From Bacillales bacterium (GTDB lineage: Bacteria > Bacillota_I > Bacilli_A > RFN20 > CAG-449), in contig JAQXGN010000054.1 of NCBI GenBank assembly GCA_029006735.1, positions 1,553-65,552 of the forward strand: a DNA stretch of 64,000 nucleotides, written 5' to 3'. Positions 1 to 8,394 of the stretch are shown here, in pieces (the stretch's first letter is position 1; each line of letters begins with the position of its first letter). The translations under genes were made by a program, and so were the position numbers. The notes beneath the pieces were generated by a model that saw only the letters and a list, made by a program, of their open reading frames with translations, searched no databases and was not told the DNA's origin.

Positions 1-1
1 T

Positions 2-517
2 GATATTGCAATTGATGTTTTTAAGATTGCAGAAAAGATGAATATCAAAATTGTGTATGCGTCAGAAATTATTGCTAAAAACAAAGGAAAAATAAGTGAA
101 TATAGCTTGTATGGCTTTCCACCATCATATTTGCATTATAATGAAAACGAACAAAGATTTTATGTATATATAGATGATGTTGGCACTGGAATGAATAGAC
201 AAAGATTTAGCATGGCACATGAAATTATGCATATAAGATTGGGTCATCAAGAACAAAATGCCAAAAATGAAGCTGAAGCTAATTTTGGAGCTCAGTACAT
301 GTTATCACCAACAAGTTTGGTATTATTAGACACAGAATATTTATTGCTTCAGGAAGAAGATTTTATCAAATGTGTGTTTGAAGTTTCTGAGCCAGTAGCT
401 ATAACATCAGCAAGGTATAATTACAATAGAATTCATTATTTTGATTTAACACCTAGAGATTATGAAGAGATAATAAATAGTCAGCTAGGTAATTCTTTTA
501 AAAAAATTATCTCATAA
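2..517 (+). CDS. ImmA/IrrE-family (DUF955) zinc metallopeptidase, 5' end off-window
   Basis: The frame is open back to nt 2 (DIAIDVFKIAEK precedes the listed Met), so the gene is truncated by the window edge. HEXXH motif in SMAHEIMHIRLGH, followed by the EANFGAQYML segment typical of ImmA-like proteases. Confidence 0.75.
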   Translation, partial: DIAIDVFKIAEKMNIKIVYASEIIAKNKGKISEYSLYGFPPSYLHYNENEQRFYVYIDDVGTGMNRQRFSMAHEIMHIRLGHQEQNAKNEAEANFGAQYMLSPTSLVLLDTEYLLLQEEDFIKCVFEVSEPVAITSARYNYNRIHYFDLTPRDYEEIINSQLGNSFKKIIS

Positions 518-637
518 AAATAAAAAAGCATAGCATTGGTAGTGCTACGCTCCAAGAACCATATAATGATTCCCTAGACAAGATTAATTATATGGTTAAA
601 TCATTAAAAAGTCAATAATATAGGAGGATTTAAACGT

Positions 638-1345
638 ATGATTAATGGACAAAATGATTATGAAAAATATAAAATTTTAAGGCCGTTATATTCAGATCAT
701 GACTATGATTATAATGGTATACCTATAATTAAAAAGGATATTTTTGATTATAATGAATGGAATGACACATATTTGTGTAATTTTAAAAATATTAAAAGTC
801 ATAAACAAAAAGATAAATCTGTAGTTATTATGTTTAACTACGATAATGTAATTAATAAATTATGGGATGATCCATTTAGGTATCTACCTAAATTGTTAGA
901 ATTTAAGGCTATTTGCACACCCGATTATAGTGTGTATCCTAATATGAATATCAATGATATTAGATTTAATGTTTATAGAAATAGATGGATTGGTTGTATG
1001 CTACAAGAAAAAGGTTATAAAGTTATTCCTACTATCCAATGGGCGTTAGAAGATACTTATGACATTTGCTTTAGTGGTGTTGAAAAAGGTAGTGTCATTA
1101 TTATCTCTACCTTGGGATGTATGCATAATAAGGATACTTTCATTAATGGTTTTAATGAAATGAAGAAAAGACTAGAACCATCATTAATTATAGTTTTTGG
1201 TAAAATGATTGAAGGTATGACAGGTACTTTTTTACAGTATGAGTATAAAGATTGTTTTATGAGAAAAAACGATTATGAACAACTAAGACTATTTCCAATC
1301 GAAAATGTGTTCACTTTAAATGGGGGTGAATATTATGGGCAGTAG
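638..1345 (+). CDS. DUF4417 domain protein
   Basis: Strong SD (taggagga) 8 nt upstream. The stretch LWDDPFRYLPKLLEFKAICTPDYSVYPNMNINDIRFNVYRNRWIGCMLQEKGYKVIPTIQW...CFSGVEKGSVIIIST matches my recollection of the DUF4417 consensus. Confidence 0.6.
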   Translation: MINGQNDYEKYKILRPLYSDHDYDYNGIPIIKKDIFDYNEWNDTYLCNFKNIKSHKQKDKSVVIMFNYDNVINKLWDDPFRYLPKLLEFKAICTPDYSVYPNMNINDIRFNVYRNRWIGCMLQEKGYKVIPTIQWALEDTYDICFSGVEKGSVIIISTLGCMHNKDTFINGFNEMKKRLEPSLIIVFGKMIEGMTGTFLQYEYKDCFMRKNDYEQLRLFPIENVFTLNGGEYYGQ

Positions 1346-1703
1346 AGGTGCTTTTGTTAATGTAAATAGTGGTAATTTTAGTTTTGTGGAAAATGGACAA
1401 AGATATTCTACTATAGGGCAAATAGGTGATATTCAAATATTAAGTATGGGTGCAACTAAAAATGTTAAAGCTCCTGAATATTCGCATAGTTCTAATAGAG
1501 TGTATGTCACTATGAAAGATGGAAAAATCAAACATATCTCTTTCTATGATGATAATCATAAGCAAATAAAAGTTATTGATTTTGAACATTCACATCATGG
1601 AATAAAACCACATATACATTATAATTTAGATCATACAGATAAAGGTATTTCTTTATCTCAGGATGATAAAGATTTAATTAAAAAAATTAAAAGGAGATTA
1701 TAA
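1335..1703 (+). CDS. hypothetical His-rich small protein
   Basis: ATG at 1335 has SD gggggtga 6 nt upstream and overlaps the DUF4417 stop by 11 nt; the track start at 1320 lacks an SD. His cluster EHSHHGIKPHIHYNLDH. No family recognised. Confidence 0.55.
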   Translation: MGSRGAFVNVNSGNFSFVENGQRYSTIGQIGDIQILSMGATKNVKAPEYSHSSNRVYVTMKDGKIKHISFYDDNHKQIKVIDFEHSHHGIKPHIHYNLDHTDKGISLSQDDKDLIKKIKRRL

Positions 1704-1705
1704 CA

Positions 1706-2074
1706 ATGAGAAAAAACGATTATAAATCATTAGATGAATTTATTGGAGAATATTCAGGTATAAGAAATGATAAGTATGACATTGTTTATGGAATTGATTT
1801 TAGATTTAAGGGCAAATTATATCGTATGACGATGGATCAAATGGAACCAGACGAACTTAGAAATGAATTTGAAAGGAAGTTAAATAAAAAACTAGGAAAA
1901 TACGAAGTTGCTTTAGTTGAACCTAATGGACATTCTGATTTTCAATTTGAAGAATATCAATTTATAGGTTGGTATGATGATATATATGATCTATTAGAAA
2001 ATTGTTATATTCAAGGAATGAAGTTTAAAGATGTAATTATGGATGATGACACAGTTATAGAAGGTAAAGATTAA
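1706..2074 (+). CDS. hypothetical acidic small protein (immunity-like by shape only)
   Basis: SD aaggag upstream and a 2-nt gap after the preceding stop (translational coupling). No recognised domain. Confidence 0.55.
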   Translation: MRKNDYKSLDEFIGEYSGIRNDKYDIVYGIDFRFKGKLYRMTMDQMEPDELRNEFERKLNKKLGKYEVALVEPNGHSDFQFEEYQFIGWYDDIYDLLENCYIQGMKFKDVIMDDDTVIEGKD

Positions 2075-2156
2075 TTATTGAAACATGAAAAGACTTAATT
2101 ATAGCAGTGCCACTATGGAAGAGTTCTACCACAACCGCAAAGGAGGTTAAATAACA

Positions 2157-2273
2157 GTGGGCAAATATTTTCATCACCTTTCATACGACAATCGTCTTTT
2201 GCTTAAACAAATGTTAGATAACGAATATTCATGCAACGATTGACGAATTGTTGCAAAACGATTGCAACGATAG
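2157..2273 (+). pseudogene. possible IS30-family transposase N-terminal HTH remnant
   Basis: An aaaggagg SD precedes GTG 2157. The reading KYFHHLSYDNRLLLKQMLDNEYSCND*RIVAKRLQR* resembles the IS30 N-terminal pattern (HL-T/S-xxxR...L...S..IA..L.RS). It is interrupted by TGA 2241 and TAG 2271, and no transposase body follows. Confidence 0.3.
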
Positions 2274-2366
2274 GAAACTGATCGATGATTTATGCATTAG
2301 TAGAATTTTAAATGCATATACATTGAGTACGATCTTAATTAATAGTGCTCTTGATAAAATCAGTGA

Positions 2367-2395
2367 TTGCTTTAAATTTACATTAGTGATATAAT
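2367..2395 (+). promoter_or_regulatory. sigma-A type promoter for abiE pair 1
   Basis: TTGCTT (2367-2372), a 17-nt spacer, then perfect TATAAT (2390-2395), about 40 nt upstream of ATG 2437. Confidence 0.5.
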
Positions 2396-2436
2396 AAAGT
2401 TGAAAAAAGATATTTCAAGATTGTGAGGTGATATGA

Positions 2437-3054
2437 ATGTTGATGGATTACATAAATAAGAATTATGATAAAGCTGAACCGATATTCATGTATGAACTAC
2501 CATGTACATCACAGTATGCATTAAGGCAAGAGATGAAGAAACTTACTGATGAAGGTAAACTTATACGTCTTTATAATGGTGTTTATTATAAACCATATAA
2601 GACTATATTTGGAACAGACGGTAAGATGTCTATTAACAAATTCATTGAAAAGAAATATTTGTATGAGGCAGATGAAAGTATTGGTTTTATATCTGGTATT
2701 GCAATGTATAACAAATATGGCTTTACTACGCAAATTCCTTCAATTATAGAAGTAGTAACTAATACTGCAACAACAAAGCAAAGAAAAGTTGAAATTGATG
2801 GATATGGCATCATTATATATAAACCTGCAATTAATATAACAAAAGAAAATATCAATGAGATTGAATTTCTAACTATGATGACTGAAATTGACAAGTACTG
2901 TGAACTAAGCCTAGATGAATTAAAATCTAAGCTTAAAGAATATGCCCAAAAGAAGAATCTAAATTTTAATTTAATTAAAAAGTATTTGCCTTTATTCCCT
3001 GATAAAGTCTATAAGAACATTTATAATGGAGGATTAATGAATGAGTTGGTATAA
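2437..3054 (+). CDS. abiEi: AbiEi-family antitoxin/transcriptional regulator (type IV TA, pair 1)
   Basis: N-terminal wHTH-like ALRQEMKKLTDEGKLIRLYNGVYY motif typical of AbiEi. It overlaps the downstream AbiEii gene by 14 nt. Confidence 0.7.
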   Translation: MLMDYINKNYDKAEPIFMYELPCTSQYALRQEMKKLTDEGKLIRLYNGVYYKPYKTIFGTDGKMSINKFIEKKYLYEADESIGFISGIAMYNKYGFTTQIPSIIEVVTNTATTKQRKVEIDGYGIIIYKPAINITKENINEIEFLTMMTEIDKYCELSLDELKSKLKEYAQKKNLNFNLIKKYLPLFPDKVYKNIYNGGLMNELV

Positions 3055-3937
3055 GAATAATAAGAGTGAATGGAAAGAAATAATTGATACTGTTTCTTTA
3101 GAATTAAAACGTAATCCTCTAATGGTTGAAAAAGATACTATTCAATCAATGTTTTTATATGAATTATCTAAAAGTGAATTACCATTTTTATTTAAAGGTG
3201 GTACATCATTATTTAAAGCATATGACTTGATTGATAGGTTTTCTGAAGATATAGATTTATCTATGTCTAGAAGCATCACTGATAAGGAAAAGAAGAAATC
3301 AAAGGAAACAATTATAGAAATTGCGACTGAATTAGGATTAGTTTTAAAAAATCCTGATGATGTCTTATCTAGACATGATTACAATAAGTACTTATTTGAA
3401 TACGAATCATTTTATAGCCAAGATAGATTAGAAATAATGATTGAAACAAGTTATTACCAAATTTCATATCCTGTAGTCAAACACGATATAAGCTGTTTTA
3501 TAGGTAAATTTTGTAAAAATAATAATGTTTCATTGCCTATTGAATTTGAGGCAATATCATTTGAAATGTCTGTTCAGTCATTAGAAAGAACATTCATCGA
3601 TAAAGTATTTGCGGTATGTGATTACAAAATTCAAAATATGATGAATAGAGATTCAAGACATCTATATGATATTGCAAAAATATATCCGAATATTATCATA
3701 AGCGATGATCTTAAAGACTTGGTAAAAAGAGTAAGATTAGATAGAAGTAAATCAAAGAATAATCCTTCAGCTGATCCTAAATACAACATTAATGAGATGC
3801 TTACCAATATCATTGAGTCAAGATTTTATGAACCAGATTATAAAAATATTACTCAAAAACTATTGTATGAAGATATATGTTATGATGAAGCGATAGCAAA
3901 GGGAATTAAATTAGTGGTTGATGCTAATTTATTTTAA
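3041..3937 (+). CDS. abiEii: AbiEii/AbiGii-family nucleotidyltransferase toxin (pair 1)
   Basis: FKGGTSLFKAYDLIDRFSEDIDLS is the hallmark AbiEii NTase motif. About 300 aa, coupled to abiEi. Confidence 0.85.
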   Translation: MSWYKNNKSEWKEIIDTVSLELKRNPLMVEKDTIQSMFLYELSKSELPFLFKGGTSLFKAYDLIDRFSEDIDLSMSRSITDKEKKKSKETIIEIATELGLVLKNPDDVLSRHDYNKYLFEYESFYSQDRLEIMIETSYYQISYPVVKHDISCFIGKFCKNNNVSLPIEFEAISFEMSVQSLERTFIDKVFAVCDYKIQNMMNRDSRHLYDIAKIYPNIIISDDLKDLVKRVRLDRSKSKNNPSADPKYNINEMLTNIIESRFYEPDYKNITQKLLYEDICYDEAIAKGIKLVVDANLF

Positions 3938-3987
3938 ATAATATATAAGTGAGTCGTTATTAAAGTAAATTAAATATCTGATTTTTA

Positions 3988-4026
3988 AAATACCTACACA
4001 ATTTTTATGTGTTAGGTATTTTTTTA
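3988..4026 (+). terminator. rho-independent terminator after abiE pair 1
   Basis: Hairpin tacctacaca / tgtgttaggta followed by a T7 run. Confidence 0.6.
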
Positions 4027-4144
4027 ATATAAACACGAACTTTTAGCCATTCTAAAAGCCTATTAAGTGAGGAGTTATAATTTTGTATTAAAAATACGAA
4101 GTTTTAATTCTTAAAAATACCTATAAGTAAAGGATGGTGAAAAT

Positions 4145-4504
4145 GTGAATAAACAAACACATAATAGATTAATTGAAGGATTAGATACCCTTAAAAATAA
4201 AGGATTTGAGGCATTTAATAAGCTTCAGCTAGCAAATGCTTTAGAAGATGAGAAAAAGGCTTCTAGAAGGGAATATTATGCCTTTAAGAATAAATGCGAA
4301 TCTTATATTTATAGTGATTTTCCAATATCAAATAAGCTAGTAGAACCAGATGGTGAAATAGATACAAAAGCACTAGATTACATTATGGAAATAGGAATGC
4401 TTGTTAAGATTTATCAAGCAGGATTATTAAGTGAAGATATGTTCCTTAAAGTCAAAACTGATGTATCTAAAAGATACAAGATTTATTCTAATGTGGAATT
4501 TTAG
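4145..4504 (+). CDS. small helical protein accompanying the serine recombinase (paralogue of 9394-9669)
   Basis: GTG start with SD aaaggatggtga. The C-terminus EIGMLVKIYQAGLLSEDMFLKVKTDVSKRYKI aligns with ELNLLTILKTKNLISDEDFFKIKNKIMLQYGI of the ORF at 9394. Confidence 0.6.
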   Translation: MNKQTHNRLIEGLDTLKNKGFEAFNKLQLANALEDEKKASRREYYAFKNKCESYIYSDFPISNKLVEPDGEIDTKALDYIMEIGMLVKIYQAGLLSEDMFLKVKTDVSKRYKIYSNVEF

Positions 4505-4580
4505 GGAACGTATTTCTATGATATAATGAGTTTGGAGCATGGCTCACAAACTCTATATCAGAATAAAAAGGAGGAAACAT

Positions 4581-6179
4581 ATGTCTGATATAAAAGTTAT
4601 TAAAGCAAGTGCAACACTTAATAATAGAAATAAGTCAAAGAATGCAAGATTAAGAGTTGTTGCTTATTGCCGTGTATCAACTGATGATGCTGAACAAATT
4701 AGTTCATATAATTCTCAGTTGGAATATTACAAAGATCTTATAAATAAAAATCCAGAATGGGTTATGGTAGGTATCTATGCCGATAAAGCTATTACTGGTA
4801 CTAAGGTTGATAAAAGACCTGATTTCATGAGGATGATTAACGATTGCTTAAATGATGAAGTTGATATGATTATCACTAAATCAATTTCAAGATTTGCAAG
4901 AAACACCGTTGATACTCTTCATTACGTTAGAACTTTAAAGGAAAGAGGAATTGCAATCTTCTTTGAAGAAGAGCATATCAATACTCTATCAATGGATGGA
5001 GAGTTAATGCTTACTGTATTATCTTCAGTAGCTCAACAAGAGGTTCATAATACTTCGGAACACGTTAAAAAAGGTCTTAAGATGAAAATGCAAAGAGGAG
5101 AGCTTGTAGGCTTTCAAGGTTGCATAGGATATGATTATCATCCTGAGGATAAATACATTACAATCAATGAAGAGGAAACTGAAATAGTAAGATACATCTA
5201 TAGAAGATACCTTGATGGAATGGGATGCACAGTTATTGCTAGAGAATGTACAACACTTGGTTTAAAAACTAAAAGTGGTGCGACTAAATGGCATGAATCA
5301 TGCATTAGAGGAATTCTAAGGAATGAGAAGTATGCAGGTGATATTCTCTTAGGTAAGACATTTACGATTGACCCAATCACTAAGAAAAGACTACGTAACT
5401 TTGGTGAAGAGGATAAGTATTATTTAGAAAATCATCACGAGGTTATCGTATCTAAAGAGGACTTTATGGCCGTTCAGCAAATCTTAGATAAAAGAGGAAC
5501 GCCAAGAAGAATCGTTGATGGAAAACGTCAAGAAAAGATGTCTAGACAGTACGCATTCTCATGTATGGTTAAATACGGTTATTGCGGTGGTTCTTTCACA
5601 AGACGCCACTGGCATAAAGGTGAATCCTACGATAAGAACTCTTCATATGCGATGGTAAAAAATAATCTTGTCTTAAAAATTAATAATTCAATAATCGATC
5701 TAAATGAACTTGGATATGAATTATCACTTTCAGACGAGATGATTAAAAGTGTAAGTTTATTAGATTCTGCATTTTCAAAAGTAATCACAGTAGAAAACTT
5801 GACATCTTTCTATGCAATGAATGATAAAAGCGCTGTAATTATTTATCTTGCAGGATTTCATAATCATACAAAACAAAGTTTACTATTAAAGATATATGAT
5901 AAATATCCAAATGCTGAGTATTTACATTTTAGTGATATTGATGCTGGAGGATTTTTGATTTTCAATAATTTGGTTGAGAAGACAGGAATTCCATTTAAAC
6001 CATATAGAATGAATGTGGATGAATTGAAATCCAATCTTAATAATTTAAAACGTTTAACAGAGAACGACATCAAGAGATTGAATAAAATGAAGAATGATGA
6101 GAAGTTTAGTTATTTCTATGATGTTATATCTTATATGCTTGAAAATGGAGTTAAGCTAGAACAAGAATTGTTGGATTAA
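4581..6179 (+). CDS. chimeric protein: large serine recombinase (truncated in the zinc ribbon) fused to a JetD/DUF2220-like Toprim C-terminal domain
   Basis: ATG 4581 has SD aaaggagg; the track start 4539 is an upstream extension. Resolvase motifs VAYCRVSTDD, ITKSISRFARN and the recombinase domain are present, but only the first CxxC (KYGYCGGSFTRRHW). From about aa 360 the sequence reads VITVENLTSF, IYLAGF, HFSDIDAGGFLIFNNL, YRMNVDEL, KLEQELL, which is the JetD_C/DUF2220 pattern. Confidence 0.7.
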   Translation: MSDIKVIKASATLNNRNKSKNARLRVVAYCRVSTDDAEQISSYNSQLEYYKDLINKNPEWVMVGIYADKAITGTKVDKRPDFMRMINDCLNDEVDMIITKSISRFARNTVDTLHYVRTLKERGIAIFFEEEHINTLSMDGELMLTVLSSVAQQEVHNTSEHVKKGLKMKMQRGELVGFQGCIGYDYHPEDKYITINEEETEIVRYIYRRYLDGMGCTVIARECTTLGLKTKSGATKWHESCIRGILRNEKYAGDILLGKTFTIDPITKKRLRNFGEEDKYYLENHHEVIVSKEDFMAVQQILDKRGTPRRIVDGKRQEKMSRQYAFSCMVKYGYCGGSFTRRHWHKGESYDKNSSYAMVKNNLVLKINNSIIDLNELGYELSLSDEMIKSVSLLDSAFSKVITVENLTSFYAMNDKSAVIIYLAGFHNHTKQSLLLKIYDKYPNAEYLHFSDIDAGGFLIFNNLVEKTGIPFKPYRMNVDELKSNLNNLKRLTENDIKRLNKMKNDEKFSYFYDVISYMLENGVKLEQELLD

Positions 6180-6481
6180 TTGAGCCATTTGTTTTCTCTA
6201 GATACATACACATAATTATTAGGAAACAAATGAAAGAACTATTAGGTGATATGGTCATTTTTAAAAGACAACCTTTCGTTTATATGTTCATAGAGTAGAT
6301 ACAATTCATGTAGAAAGTATTGTGTTGCTACAAAAGAAATAGTACCAAAAATAGCAAATGTAAAAGCACAAACTAATTCATTCTAATTTGTACAAAATGT
6401 TTTATCATAATAACTCACACAAAACTAAGTTCTAACACTTAACATAGATATTTACTTACATAGTCACATCCAGCATAAATT

Positions 6482-6510
6482 AAGATCTATCTCACCCATA
6501 GATCTTTTTT
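6482..6510 (+). terminator. rho-independent terminator
   Basis: Perfect 9-bp stem aagatctat / atagatctt with loop ctcaccc, then T6. It lies about 300 nt after the stop at 6179. Confidence 0.6.
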
Positions 6511-7132
6511 ATTACTTTCTATACCTAATACTTACTATCTACAGCCCGCCAATCATATGCATCTCACCATATATTTTATTAATCTTAACCTCTTACTACA
6601 GCTTCACTCTACGCCAGCCCATCATACCTATTTATATATATAATATATAATTTCGTTCAAAACCCTCTTCTCACACCTTACTGACCGCCCGCCGAACCAA
6701 CCGCACATGCAGCTACTTTCAGACCATGTAGCCACATTCGCATAAGCAAGCCAAACAAGCTCCACATCGCACCGAATCGACTAGCTTAAGCAAATATCTG
6801 CCGGCTCTCAAAACTGCTCCCCACGCGCCCCGTTTCACAATAGCAAAAAACTAAATTCGCCTGCTCGCAAATGCTTCAAAACACGACATAATATTGATGA
6901 AGCTACTTGTGCAAAACAGGATAAATGGCTTTAGATGATGACAGAAAAATACACAGAAATTTTGATCTTTGACCTATTTTATAAGCATTTTGTATTTAAT
7001 ATAGATGATGATGGTTATAGAGAAAAGGTCTTGAAAGACTATCTTCAAGTACGACTAATAATGAACCTAGAGTGTGGAGATATGTTAGATTAACAAATAG
7101 TATAATATTAACCAAGTTTGAAAAACACTGTT

Positions 7133-7291
7133 CTATAAAAACGAAGTATTATTCTTAACACATTTATTGATTATAGAAGCTACATTGGATTCTTCTAATA
7201 AATGTAAAAATCTGAGTATTTTTTCTTCTTCCTTCACGTTTAGGTCGAAGGAGGGTATTAAAAATACTTTCCTTGTAGTAAAATAACTCAT
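7133..7291 (-). CDS. candidate 52-aa small protein
   Basis: Below the ORF-track size cutoff. ATG at 7291 has SD aggaga 8 nt upstream (plus-strand tctcct 7300-7305). Translation: MSYFTTRKVFLIPSFDLNVKEEEKILRFLHLLEESNVASIINKCVKNNTSFL. No family recognised. Confidence 0.35.
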   Translation of the reverse strand: MSYFTTRKVFLIPSFDLNVKEEEKILRFLHLLEESNVASIINKCVKNNTSFL

Positions 7292-7430
7292 ATATGATAT
7301 CTCCTGAACAAAGATATTATATAACGAAGAGGCAATTTCTTATGGATTTGTCTCTTTTTTACTAGAAATCATCAAAAAAGAGGATGGAAACATTATTCTA
7401 GGTTTCTAAACATCCCGTTAAGGTGAATTG

Positions 7431-8390
7431 TTATTTGTTTGATATTTTCCATAATGCCATTGGATGATTTTTGATTCTATTAATAATTTCGTTGTCATCA
7501 AATAAAAGTTCAGGATGATAATTACTATTTTCAAATTCGTTAATAAATTTAATTTCAGATTCATTTAATTTCATTAAAGTTGAAACAAAATCTTTAACCA
7601 TATTTACGGCATCAATCATTGAAAATTTATCATCTTTTTTAAGAGTTGAAGAAAGGTATTGTGGCACTTTGTCTACCATATATGCATTAAGTTTCGTTTC
7701 AAAGTCGATTAACACTTCGTTAAATGGTCTATCAGTAGTTTTACCAATTGCCATATAGAATATTACACATTTCTTTACTAAATTAAATTCGGATTCATTA
7801 AATAAATTTTCTTTAAGCATATGGTAAACATCATATACATCTCTAATAGTACATCTTTCAATAAGTGCTTTTATTTTAGAACCATATAGTTCATATTTAT
7901 TCAATGTTAATGTTTTAAAAGAAGTTAAGAAAGATATAGAAACATTTCTTGTGATTGTTTCATATACATGCGTTCTATTCATATAATTAATTTCAATTTT
8001 CAAGTTATCTTTGTTTCCAAAGTTATTATTGTAATTGAACACAAATGAATCTAATGCATGTTTAGATTTGGTTTCATCACTAAGACTGTAGTTGTTAATT
8101 TCCATATATCTTCTAATGATAGCGGTAATTTCTTTTCTTTTATTTAACATTTCATCTCTAGTACCACTAAAGGAAAAATCTAAATCAATATCGACACTTA
8201 GTCTAGGAAGATTGAATAACGTAAAGTTAATTGATGTCCCACCCTTAAGTACTAAATAAGGAGAAAGTTCATCTGTTTTACTTATAAAATCTAATATGTC
8301 AATTAATCTAAGAACTTTTTCTAAAGTTTCACTTCTAAAGCCATTGTCTTTAGCTAATGCTACTATTTCGTGTTTTTTGTAATTAAACAT
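7431..8390 (-). CDS. abiEii: AbiEii/AbiGii-family nucleotidyltransferase toxin (pair 2)
   Basis: LKGGTSINFTLFNLPRLSVDIDLDF NTase motif, 319 aa, and a 4-nt gap after abiEi-2. Confidence 0.85.
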   Translation of the reverse strand: MFNYKKHEIVALAKDNGFRSETLEKVLRLIDILDFISKTDELSPYLVLKGGTSINFTLFNLPRLSVDIDLDFSFSGTRDEMLNKRKEITAIIRRYMEINNYSLSDETKSKHALDSFVFNYNNNFGNKDNLKIEINYMNRTHVYETITRNVSISFLTSFKTLTLNKYELYGSKIKALIERCTIRDVYDVYHMLKENLFNESEFNLVKKCVIFYMAIGKTTDRPFNEVLIDFETKLNAYMVDKVPQYLSSTLKKDDKFSMIDAVNMVKDFVSTLMKLNESEIKFINEFENSNYHPELLFDDNEIINRIKNHPMALWKISNK

Positions 8391-8394
8391 ATGA

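Noticed and set aside
525-575. tRNA-like D-arm fragment (tagcattggtagtgcta) after the ImmA gene, considered as a tRNA gene or att-site remnant
   Set aside because: There is no acceptor stem, no anticodon stem and no T-arm (GTTCGAATC-like) nearby. A single 5-bp hairpin is not enough to call a tRNA or a tRNA fragment.
2521-2894. Three track ORFs (2521-2733 -, 2549-2749 +, 2586-2894 -) inside abiEi-1
   Set aside because: They fully overlap a well-supported coding frame, have low-complexity hydrophobic or Ile/Leu/Phe-rich translations typical of off-frame reading of AT-rich DNA, and have no SD.
4539-4580. N-terminal extensions in ORF-track models (4539, 9180, 15532, 16364, 23181, 25269, 29918, 37809, 46026, 46901, 47316, 54311, 59752)
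   Set aside because: In each case an internal ATG with a properly spaced SD, and/or a signal peptide or lipobox, or conserved family N-terminus, begins downstream. The extensions use TTG/GTG or lack an SD.
6540-6860. Structured ncRNA (OLE/ROOL/GOLLD-like) or G-quadruplex element in the C-rich core
   Set aside because: The strong C-over-G asymmetry leaves too few complementary bases for extensive pairing on either strand. The minus strand has only two or three short G-runs, not four regularly spaced tracts. I could find no conserved motifs of known large ncRNAs.
6939-7094. 51-aa plus-strand ORF (MTEKYTEILIFDLFYKHF...) in the ORF-free tract
   Set aside because: No recognisable SD and no family resemblance. 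It is indistinguishable from chance in AT-rich DNA.
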